The notes beneath the pieces were generated by a model that did no database searches, was not told the DNA's origin, and saw only the letters and a program-made list of their open reading frames with translations. Positions 29,628-40,119 of a stretch of DNA of 40,119 bases are shown one piece after another; the stretch's first letter is position 1, and each line of letters begins with the position of its first letter. The position numbers and the translations under genes were made by a program. Source of the stretch: Ministeria vibrans ATCC 50519 (lineage: Eukaryota; Protista; Filasterea); contig CALSCP010000642.1 of assembly GCA_943704425.1 (NCBI GenBank), forward strand, positions 1 through 40,119, given 5' to 3'.

Positions 29628-29767
29628 CTATTTGTCTATGTATGAGTAAACCGGTTGAAGGGAGAAGGATAAAAGAAACATAGAGTAAGAGAGCAACAGA
29701 GGAAGAGAATTTAGAGAAATAGAAAGCAAAAGGGGAAGCAAGAAGAGGGGCAAAATTGTTTGTATTA

Positions 29768-29796
29768 AGAAAATAAATAGAGAATCGAGAGCTGTA
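29768..29796 (-). repeat. Left arm of a 29-bp perfect inverted repeat (partner 34257-34285)
   Basis: AGAAAATAAATAGAGAATCGAGAGCTGTA is the exact reverse complement of 34257-34285. Confidence 0.85.
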
Positions 29797-29922
29797 GGCA
29801 ATGATTGTTTGTATTATTGTATTTCAAGAAAGAGATTTTTTTATTGATTTGATGAGTCGTAAAATTTTAGAAAAACTTGTCAGTTAATTTGTTTTTCCTT
29901 CTTCCCACGCCACTCCCACGCA

Positions 29923-32900
29923 ATGGAAATGCCGTCTGAGCTCGCGTGGGACTCTGCGCGTGACGCAGTGACATTGTCGACGTACAGCGAGAGGGCGTCG
30001 GCACTGGAAATGGTCGATGCGACGAGATCTATCCACCAGTAGGACAAAACCTCCTTTGTGTTAACGTTGTGCCCTCCTCGTGCGCGACGGGGCTTGCTGC
30101 ATGCTAACTGATGCATGCTGTGTGTATGTGTGTGTGTGTGTGTGTCTCTCTCTCTCTGCGTAGGGTTGGAACTCGCTTTGCCGGCGCTGCCCGTGAATTC
30201 TTCAACATGGGCTGCTGCCACGAGCCTTCGATTGTCGTTCGCTCGCTTGCGCCGTACGACAGCGACCCGGACGCCCGCGGCGAGGACACTGCTGCTGCTG
30301 CATGTGTTGACGGCGGACCAAGCAGCGCGGACGCCGCTGAGCAGAGCGGGGGCGAAGCGGATGCTGTGGAATCTGCAGCAGCCGACGAGAACCGCAAGGA
30401 TGACTGCGACGAGACGACGCCGGCAGAGGACGCCACGCCTGCTGCTGTCGACGGCACACCTGTCGACCTGGTGCACACGGCCGCCACCAACCTGGAGTGC
30501 GCCATTGAGTTGGCCGCCGCTTCGTTTCCCGTCAATCGTGCCGACGGCCAACCCCCGTCCATTGAGGCGCTCGTTGCCACTGTCGACGAAACAGCCAAGC
30601 TCATTGCGGGCGCTTGTACGCAATTGAGCGAGTTTTCGAAACGACAACGGCTCAGCGTGGGCGACCGTTCGCGTCTGGTTGACGACGCGACGACCCTTCA
30701 GCGTGCTTGTGTGCGTCTCATTGAGCTCATGCCCCGCGCAGTTCCCGCCACGGACGCCGCTACAGCCTTTGTACTGCACCTGGTAGGGGTCTTGGGCGAC
30801 GTCTGTGCTCTCAATCGCCTCATTGGCTCGGGCTCACGCAGTTCACGTGCCAGCAAACTCGAAGCGGCGCTTCCGGTGCTTCTTGCCGAAGCATGGACAC
30901 TCTCCTACCAACTCACAAACGCCACCGCAACACCCTCGTGCGAGTGCCTCCTCGAGCACTTTAACACAGTTATTGATCTCCTGCGCTACTACACATCGTC
31001 AGCTCTCTCGCGCGCCTTCGAACCCTTCTGCCGCGCCATGCCCTCTCTCTGCGCTGCCAAGCTGGTTGATCTGCTCCTCGACGACGCACGCGCCACTGTC
31101 AGCCTTCTTCTCCAGTCGACCGCGGACACGGTGTCTCACATTGAGGTGAGCATGTTATTCATTCTCATTTTTGATCGTCTTCTTTCTTCGTTCGCGTTCA
31201 CTCACTCATTTTTTTTTTTTTTTCCCCTTCTTTCTTCTTTCATAGCGACCACTGATTGTTTTCTCTGGCGCATGGAAAACCCTGTGCGACACCCTCCCCG
31301 CGTCCCTTCTGCCCTCCGGTGCTCGCATGGCCTGGACCGAAATCTTCTCCCCGGCTGTCGTGCACTGGCTGGCCATTGCGACACAGCGACTGTCACATAT
31401 GGTCCATGCGTCGCTCCGCGATGAGCCTTGGCAAAGTCCCCTTTTGCTACCTCTCACGAGCACATCGAATGGCGATCCAGAAGGTGGTGTTGCTGTTAGC
31501 GGTGCAGAGGACGGAGTGAGCGCTGTGTCACCGGAGCGTGTGTGTTCGTTAAACAATTCGCGTGCGTTGCTGGATGTGTGGTGTGCCGTGCAGCAGGTGG
31601 TGATGTTTGTGCGTGAGTGCACTGCGACACTTGTCACCGAGCCCACGCAGGCCGATGATCTACGAACACTCTTGGAGGAACGTCTTGCTGACTGTATTGG
31701 GGCGATCATTGAGACGCATGCTGTGGTACCTGTGGTGATGGACGTGCCGCACTGTACGGGGCTCCGATGCAACCAGACACTGCGTCTGCGTCTGCGTCGT
31801 GCGCGCGAATCCACTGCTGACTCTGCCTCCTACGGCACCAGCAGTGTTTCGCCCACCCAGCGACGCCATCACTTTCAGCATCAGCGTGGTGCACCTGCAA
31901 TGTCACAAACAGTCACACAGACGGAGACGTTCGAGACGGTGCGTCATGTGCGCTTCGTGGACAACCACACCACCATCAATCGAGACGATCCTACTCTGAC
32001 GGCGACCGCATTTGACGATGATTTTGATGATGACGGCGACTCGGACGCGAGCGATGAGTTTAACAGCGGTGGCGGTGCGAGTATGGCCCGCCAGCGTCCC
32101 TTGCAGACTTTTAAGAGCGCTGCGGAGTACAACCACCGGCGAGTGCGACAGGAACAGGACAGATTGCGGCGCTCGGGAGGTGCCCAAGGGTACACTTTGC
32201 CCGACTTCGACTCGGGCGATGTCACTGTCATGCAGCTCACAGCGGCCACCGACTGTGCGTCACTAGATGTCTGGCTTCTTTCGGCGGCCGCTTGCTTCCG
32301 CGGCACCGCCGACTCGGTGCTGGCCGAAGCACCCGAAACACTCACGCCAGTTCCGCCCTTTGCGTGTGTGCGTCTCAACGACATCCATACGTCGCTCGGG
32401 CTCCTGCCGCACATTGCAGTAGCTGTGCGCAACGCCACTCGCATCAAGACCACCGTTGCCGCTACCGAGGCTGCCGAGGCTGCCGAAGCGTCGTCGCGTG
32501 TTCAAGGCATGGCCGACTATATTGATCCAGAAGGTATCTTTAGAATGTGAAGAATGGCCTGTTATGTTGGTCCACTCCTGATTTTTTTTTGTTTTTTTTT
32601 GTGTGTGTAGTGGCATGCTATGGACGCGCCGCTGTCGTCTCGGCACATTTCAAGAATCTCAAGCATGACGCAAGTGAGTTAAACGAGTTGGAACTGCGCT
32701 ATGTGGAAGAGACGAACCTGCCTGAGTGGCTGCGACGTGGACACGAGTGGCTGCCGGACTTTGAAGAGCTGCCAATGGGGGGAAAGCGCAGTGGCGTCGA
32801 GCGACGCACAGTTGCCTCACGCTCGTCTGCTGCTACTGGTGGTGGTGGTGGCGGTGGTAGTAGCAAGAGTATTCCTCGACCGAGCAGTACGATGAGCATT

Positions 32901-34148
32901 GCGTCGGATGGGAGTGCGCATGTGTCGCGCCATTGGTGCGGCGACATTGATTTGGACTCGTGTGGGGGCTGTGACAATCCATTGGTGCACACAGGCAAGT
33001 TGGCCCTTGAGCGCCATGTGCTCATGCATGCTCGGGTGTGGCTGGTGCGCGCATTAGCATCGCGTATCAACTGGTATGCGCGTGTGGGAATGCGTGCCCT
33101 GTTGGGGCCACTTGCGAGCGAGAGCACTCGACTCGACGCACACCATGCTGTGTCGCGCATTGTGGCGTTGGTGGAAGAGAACCTCGAGTGTGTTGCTGAT
33201 CACCTACTGCCAATTCCTTTTGCGCTTGTTGCCGAGCGTGTCCTGCGCATGTACGTTGCGGATCTTCTTGAGCTTGTGTCGCCCCATCGTTCTGTGGTGA
33301 TTGGTCCTGCTCTTGTGCATGTGGCTCACACCAGTTTGGTGCGTCTGTACCTCATCTACCGCGATGTTTTTCACGCATCCCTGCTGCGCTCCATCCTTGC
33401 ACCTGCCTCGCGTCATCTACAGCTCTTGTCCTTCTCCACCTCGACTCTCGCGGCCATCCACTGCGCCATTCGCGATCAGCGACGACCACCGCATCCCATC
33501 AAGAGCACGTCGACCGCCGCAGCAACACTACTGCACGCGGTGCGTCGAAACACCAGCAAGGCGTCGGGCGACACAATTTCTCGTCGTTCGACGCTGTCGT
33601 CAGTGAGCGCCGTCAGCACATCGAGTGAGTATGTGGTCGCGCAGTGCTTTGATGGCTATGAAGTGGACGTGGAGGCACGTGATGTTGGCAAGATGCTCTA
33701 CCGACGCATGCACGCCGCCTACTGTGCCCCACCGCCCAACAGCACGGCAACGAGCGGCGGTGGTGATGTACCACTGCAACCGATGCTCTTGCGTGATCAC
33801 ACGATGCTTCTCTTCTTTCGCTACCGTGCCTGTGTGCGTGGCGATGAGGTGCAAGCGTGGCTCATGAGCTCGCGCATTTGCGCCGATCCGACGGCCGTGT
33901 CGCTGCTTATGAACCGTCTTCTGGTTGCTGGAGTCCTTGTGAATGCGCACGACGAAGAGCAGCGCAAATTTGAAGCGTCCATGTTCACTTTTTACCGCTT
34001 TATGTCAGACGAGAGCGAGACAGGTCGTCGTGTTCTCAGTGACAACGAAGTGGATGCCTGGGTTGCTGTTGTCAAGGCGCATCGCCACCGCGATCGTACC
34101 GCCGCTCATGTCAGTCGTTTGCTCGCTGCGCGTGAGAATGGGCGTTGA
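29923..34148 (+). CDS. Uncharacterised helical protein, putative Munc13-homology (MUN/MHD-like) region plus C-terminal DEP domain, 4 exons
   Basis: Exons join in frame (introns ~30039-30163, 31146-31245, 32534-32610). DEP-like segment ACVRGDEVQAWL...LMNRLLVAGVLVNAHDEE..FEASMFTFYRF. MHD-like segments CVRLNDI and VSRIVALVEENLECVADHL...LQLLSFSTSTL. Domain calls are by eye. Confidence 0.65.
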
Positions 34149-34207
34149 TTTATCATGCTAAATACACACAATGTTATTGTCTTTTATGTCATTAATAATA
34201 AAAATTA

Positions 34208-34253
<46 letters not shown>

Positions 34254-34255
<2 letters not shown>

Positions 34256-34380
34256 GTACAGCTCTCGATTCTCTATTTATTTTCTCTATTTATTTGTTTG
34301 CAAGGCGGTCTGGCTGTGTCTTCGCGTGGTGACTGTATCATTAATAAATGGGTTGTATTCTTCTTCTTCTTATTTATTTT
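34254..34380 (+). repeat. Right arm of the inverted repeat (34257-34285) plus a second dispersed repeat block (34327-34367), next to an (ATT)n tract
   Basis: Matches 29768-29796 (inverted), and 662-685 and 523-563 (direct). Confidence 0.8.
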
Positions 34381-34608
34381 CCTATGATATTATTATTATT
34401 ATTACTTGTGTCGCTGTAGTTGGGGGAGTGATTGGCGATTTACGGTGCGTCTCGGTGCTACGTTGTATGTAATCCGTCAGAATTTTGGCCTGACAATTTT
34501 CACCTGACAATTTTCACCTAATCAATTGTGTATACGTATGAAAATTCAAAGATTAAAAATAATACGTTAATGATTTATGATTAATCGGTTTGTGTGTGTT
34601 GATACGAA

Positions 34609-35049
34609 ATGAAACGCAATCGACCAGAGGACAGCAGCGAAGACGAAGGCGTGTCGAAGCGAAAGGTACGGGATTGGACGAGTGCGGAGCGCACATTTGA
34701 AAGTGGTCGTAGAAACGAAGCACTGCGTCGAAGGCGAACCTGGGCGGATGGGCCGATGAGAGCGACGAAGACGATAGCGATGTAAGCATGCCATGCGATG
34801 CGGTTGTTTTGGTCGTTTGTTTTTGAGAGTGAATGAGCTCAAAACGAAACGTTTTTTTTTTTTATTCTTCTTTTTCTTTTGTCGGTTTGCAGTGGGAGGG
34901 AGGAGGAGCGAAGAAGAAAGGCAAGGGGAGGGCGGGGAAGAAGACGGGCAAAGGGCGGCGTGCCACGGTTGATTCGAGCGACGAGGGCTCGTCGTCGTCC
35001 GGTTCGGAGTCAGACTCGAGCAGTGGCTCTGACTCAGATGACTCGTCGT

Positions 35050-35085
<36 letters not shown>

Positions 35086-35785
35086 GCGACTCGAGTTCGA
35101 GCTCAAACGACGACGACGAGAGCGAAGAGGAGTATGGGGAGGATCTGATGAAAGACCAGGCGGACCGCGATCGACTGAATGCCATGTCGCAAGTCGAGCG
35201 CGAAAACGAGTTGTATCGTCGTAGCGAGAAGCAACAGGTACGCAAAGAACACAGCCACTCCTGTTGGGGTTTTCACAGGGACTCACCCACAACGTGTATG
35301 GTCTTTTTCTTTCTTTGTATTGTTGTAGCTTGCCAGGGAAAAAGCAAAGGCGAAGAAAGCCTTGGGTAAGCGTATGGCAGAGGAGAAGCGCATGAAGAAA
35401 CAGGTGCGCGATGAGGAGAAGAAGAAGGCCGCCAAGGCGCCGAGCAAGAAGAAGAAGACCAAGGCGGCGGACAAGGCGAAGACACGAGAGTCAAAGCGAG
35501 TGATTACGCAAGCAGCAGACAAAATGGCGCGTAAGCGCGAGCTGGACAATCTGCAACGAAGACGCAAGAGTCAGGGAGGCGATGACGAGAGGAGGGCGAT
35601 GGAAGCCGGTGGCCCGGGGCGGGACGAGGAGGTTGAAGACGACGATCGCCGTGATGGAGATGATGACGACGACGATGATGATGTGGGCGGGGACTACGAT
35701 GACGATGAGGATGCCGCTCGGGCGTACGACGAAGAGTACGATAGGAGACGTCAGCAGGAACGATCGCGTCTCGAGGTATTTTACA

Positions 35786-35816
<31 letters not shown>

Positions 35817-37823
35817 CCTGCCTGTCTGTCTGGCTGTCTGTCTGTCTCTCTGTACGCTGTTGTTGGAATTAATCATTGGAATAGGAACAACTGTCATTGG
35901 ATGAGCTGAACCGAATGCGAGTGTCTCGACACAAACTTGAGCTGTGGTCGTTTGAGCCGTTCTTTGCGCGCACAGTCAAAGGGTGTCTGGTGCGCATCTG
36001 CATTGGACGCAACCATTCTGCGGCTGTGTATCGAGTGTGTGAGATTGTGGATGTGGTGACAGGCACCAAGACGTATGCGGCGGGTGCGCGGAAGACTAAT
36101 AAGGTCTCACTTCTGAAATGTGTGTGTGTGTGTATGTGTGAGTGTGTGTGTGTGAAAGTGTGTGTGTCTTGTTACTCACGCTCTCATTTATGCTTCTATA
36201 TATGTGTGTGTATGTGTGAAAGTGTGCGTGTCTTCTTACTTACTCTTACTCTCTCATTCATTTTGTATTCTTTCTCACGTCTTACTCATCTTTCCACTTG
36301 TTGTTGTATCATTCTCACACAGCTCGTGCGGGTGCAACACGGCAAAGACACGCGGGACTTCCGGTTTGACTTTGCGTCCAACGCACCCTTCACACCCACT
36401 GAAGTGCACAAGTGGCAGCAGGCCCTGCGTGACGCGAACTTGCCCCTCCCGGACCATCTGACGCTCAAGCGCAAGATTGCTGATATCCACCACGCTCTGA
36501 ATTATGCTTATACCGAAGAAGAGATTGGCGTAAGTTACATTGATAGTGTGTTATTCTTTTGTGTGTACATGTGCGTGTTGGTTATTGGGTGTTAACCTAT
36601 TGGGTGGTTTGGTGGGGGCGTTGTTTTATTTTAGATGATTGTAATCGAGAAGAGCAAGTTTAGCAATGGGTACAACAATTACTCGCGTGATAAGGTGGAG
36701 ATTTTGGAACAGATTACGCTGATGAAGGAGCGATTGGAAGGGCATCGGAAGGAGAAGCGGGCGTTGGAGGAGGGGTTGGAGGAGAGGGAGACGGGGGAGG
36801 AAAAACATGAGTGGGAGGATGAGATGGAGTATGAGGACCGACGGGCGAGTGAGGGGAGAGCGCGGGAGGAGCAGGCACGACGAGTGGAAGTGCTGGAAGA
36901 GCTGATGGCTCAGGAGCGGGCGGAGATGGAGCGGGCCAAAGGGAGGATTCAGCTGATGGATGAATTGGCGGAGAAGGAAGCGAGCAAGCGCGACGAGCAG
37001 TTGGGGGTGTTACAGGAGGTGAACAGTAAGCTGATGCGCAAGGATGCGAGTGAAGGACGCAAGGCATGGGAGGAGGCGACCATGCGCGCTCTCAAGGGCG
37101 AAGCTCAGCCCGATGAGCGGCGAAAGGTACAGGGTCTAATAAAAGTATTGCGCGAGTGTGTTGATAGTATGTATTGTTGTACAGACCCGACCCGACCAGA
37201 GTGTACGTGCCAAGCCTAAAGAAGAGACCACAGACAACAACAACCCAGAGAGCACAAATGACAGCAAGAAGGGAACAACAGAAGCAGAAGAAGCAGCAGA
37301 AGCAGACGCGACAGCTAAAGCAGACGACCCTGACAAGACCAAGACAGCTGCCACACCAATGATTGGCACTATCCCTGTCGAAGCCTTACGAGTCAGTTGT
37401 GTCCGCCCTTTATCTCACACTCACCCGTCACTTCTTCTTCTTCTTCTTCTTCTTCTTTTTTTTTTTTNNNNNNNNNNTTTTTTTTTGGCTTTCCGTAGAA
37501 TGTTTCAACAGAGCATCGGTTTGCATCAAATCCGTACGACGCGCACAATTTTGACATTGACATTGAATTGGGTCAGAAAACAAAATATCCCCTCCCTTTT
37601 CCCTCCCCAAAACAAAAACAGAACCAAAAAGAACGCAAAACACTTACAGAAACACTGTTGTGTGTTGACAGAATTTGATGGTGACAGTAGCGGCGGCAAC
37701 GCCAGTGCAGGCGGCTCTGCGCCTGGGGGCACTGCGTTTGCGTCTCGTCGTCCTCGCGACGTGCTTGCCGAGCAGCGTGCGGCTGCTATTGAAGCGTTTA
37801 AAAACAAGCGCGGTCTCATTTGA
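34609..37823 (+). CDS. RTF1: RNA polymerase-associated protein RTF1 (Paf1 complex, Plus3 domain)
   Basis: HMD-like segment [31 protein letters not shown]. Plus3 segment [35 protein letters not shown]...VYRVCEI...[29 protein letters not shown]. Exon boundaries are partly inferred. Confidence 0.9.
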
Positions 37824-37970
37824 CCCACTCCTTCAAATAAACAGGAATAAAAATAATTATGAGTTGAAGAATGAATTATTTCAAGTTGAGTGTTGATTAA
37901 TAATTTTTTTTTGAATTTAGTTCAAAATTCAAACAAATCTGCTGCATTGCTACTGAGCCTATCACTAATC

Positions 37971-38365
37971 ATGAGTACACCCCTCCCCTTTGAGCGATGG
38001 AACACAGCGTAAAACGGCCGCGCTGACTTTCTTGTCTTTTTTTTTGAAGGTGTTGAACCTGAGCGACCGGCATCGGTTGCTCCTGCGCCTACGGAGGAAG
38101 CCGCCGCGCCTGCCGACCAGCCCGGCGACACAGAGACAGCTGCAACTGCTGCTGCGGCTGATGATACAGCAGAAGGCAGTGGTAAGGAGAAGTTGCAAAA
38201 AAAAAAAAATTGAAAAAAAAAATCTGCGTTCAACGACGTGTTAATGACTATCCTATGGGCTCTGTAGATGTTGAAGACCAGCGGCGTAATGCTGCGGAAG
38301 AGCGCATGGCCAGGATCGAGCTGGAATTCTCGTGCCTGAAAGAAAGGTAATCTGACGACTTGGCG

Positions 38366-38399
<34 letters not shown>

Positions 38400-38502
38400 T
38401 CTGCTCGCCTCCTCTTCGCGTGCCTCCCCTCCACCTTCCATCCACGGCCTCCTCCTCCTCCCCTCCCGCTCCCCCTCCTCCCCTCCCTCTCCTCGATTGG
38501 CT

Positions 38503-38533
<31 letters not shown>

Positions 38534-39832
38534 TCTCTTTTCTTTCATCAACCGTTTGCGCCTCACTCATCTCCTGCCTGCTTTTTGCCTGCAGGTTGTA
38601 CGAGGAAAAGAAATTACAGTTAAATAAAGAGCGCCAGCTATTGAGACAAGGTAAGCGACTCGCTAAGAGACTGAGAAGCGCAAAAAAAAAAAAAGCGAAA
38701 CAAGAAGTCAAACCGATTGATTTCGATATTTTCTCCATATTATTGTTTCTGCTCTCTTTGACCGGGCCCACTCGTATCTTGTTTTTGTTTAGGCGAACAC
38801 CCAGAGCTTGTACGACAGAAGGCGCTCTTGGAAGAGCGGTGTCGAGAGCGAGTGCGCACCGCCGAATTGCTGAGACGGTTTCAGATGGAAAACATTGAGA
38901 GGAATTTCAATGCTGAGAAGACCATGGCGGAAGCGGATTTGGCGGTATGTGAGAGCAACAACGGCAATGGATCTACAACAAAAGAGGACTTAAAAACATT
39001 GGTATGTAGGCAAGTAGTGAAGGGTTGACACAAGAAGTGGCACAGTCACTGTCTGAGCGGCAACGAAGGATGGAGGAGGAGCACAGTACATTAGACTTGA
39101 CCAGTGGTATGAATCAAAAGGGGGAGAAGAGAGGATAGGGAGAGAAGAGGAAGAGCGAAATACGGTGATAGATCGAGAGGAAGTGATATGAGAGACACAA
39201 ATGGAGAAAACAAGAGACTGAAGAGAGCTCAACGTTTTTTTTTTGTTTTTATTGTTTTTTTAGACTTTAACTCGGATCGAAATGTGACGATGACACGGAA
39301 GTTGCGGAAACGACAAGCGGCGGAAGTGGAGAAGCTTGCATTGGGGGCTGGTGGGAGCGGGGGAGGAGGAAGTGGGAGTGGAGTGGGCTTGGGAGGGAGT
39401 GGAGGCGTTGGGGGAGGAGGAGGAGTTGGGGGAGTGGGGGGTAGTGGTGTTGCAGGAGCAGTCGGGGGTGGCGCGAGTGGCACGGGAGTTGCGGATCGGC
39501 ACAGGCGGAAGGTCATGTCGGGTGCGCTGGCCGGGCCTAGTGTCATCTATGCGCTGAGCGAAGACGACCTCAACGACGATGTGGAGGCCATGCGCCACAA
39601 TGTTGTGTTGAGTGCCGTTAATGTCAATGGTCACCACCTCCCCGTCGGGGTTGCCGCCCAGCAGCAGCACCACTACCAGCAGATGCTCTATCTGCAGCAA
39701 CAGCAACAGGCCGACGCCTTAATGCAGCAACAACAGCTCCACCACCACCAACAGCAACAGCTCTTCCAGCAACAGCAACAACAGCACCATCATCAACAAC
39801 AACAACCGTCAATGGACTATGCATATCAATAA
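37971..39832 (+). CDS. Sds3/BRMS1-family Sin3-HDAC complex subunit
   Basis: Spliced RRNAAEERMARIELEFSCLKERLYEEKKLQL...GEHPEL...ERVRTAELLRRFQMENIERNFNAEK and C-terminal GPSVIYALSEDDLNDDVEAM, typical of the Sds3 family. Gly-rich and polyQ tracts. Confidence 0.85.
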
Positions 39833-39962
39833 ATTTAATCCACATTATTTTTTAATTCCCTTGAATTCTCTCATTGCTGTAGAACATACTCAATTCAAAT
39901 AACTCATTTCTCGATTCTTATTTCTTAGTCATTAATCAATAATCATTTTTTAATTACCAGAA

Positions 39963-40060
39963 ATGAGCGAGGCCGTTGACAAGCAGGCGCTTGCTTTGAG
40001 CAAAGCGTTTGCAAAGGCACGCGAGAGTGGCAAGGTGAATATGCGATTCTTGAATTTGAA
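39963..40060 (+). CDS. First exon of a gene continuing past the window (N-terminus reminiscent of LRR proteins)
   Basis: ATG at 39963, MSEAVDKQALALSKAFAKARESGKVNMRFLNLK, then the donor AAG|GTAAGA. Confidence 0.55.
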
Positions 40061-40119
40061 GGTAAGAAAGAAAAACCGAATTTCCACACACACACAAAAA
40101 AAAAAAAAAAAAAATGGAA

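Noticed and set aside
34489-34520. Short tandem CCTGACAATTTTCA x2 upstream of RTF1
   Set aside because: Too short, and seen only once, to support a regulatory or mobile-element call.

Overview
Eukaryotic, intron-rich, gene-dense draft-assembly DNA with short GT-AG introns, (AG)n/(AC)n microsatellites, N-gaps and AT-rich intergenic spacers. It is probably from a unicellular amorphean or holozoan-like protist, but the taxon cannot be determined from the sequence. Genes reconstructed by manual splicing are: an SDR oxidoreductase whose exons are out of order (exon 1 at 174-403; exons 2-3 at 5047-5620, antisense inside a LIG1 intron), a stand-alone orotate phosphoribosyltransferase head-to-head with DNA ligase I, a double-hotdog acyl-CoA thioesterase head-to-head with a PH-domain/repeat protein, gamma-glutamyl hydrolase, a ~3,600-aa secreted EGF-repeat protein, UPF1, a putative MUN(Munc13-like)+DEP protein bracketed by a perfect 29-bp inverted repeat, RTF1, an Sds3/BRMS1-family protein, and the first exon of one more gene. 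The most unusual item is the EGF protein: eight of its ~45 Notch-like EGF modules are split by ~175-190-aa DUF4082-like beta-rich domains inserted in the C3-C4 loop, followed by two LamG-like domains and no membrane anchor. All family assignments come from motif recognition by eye, not database searches.
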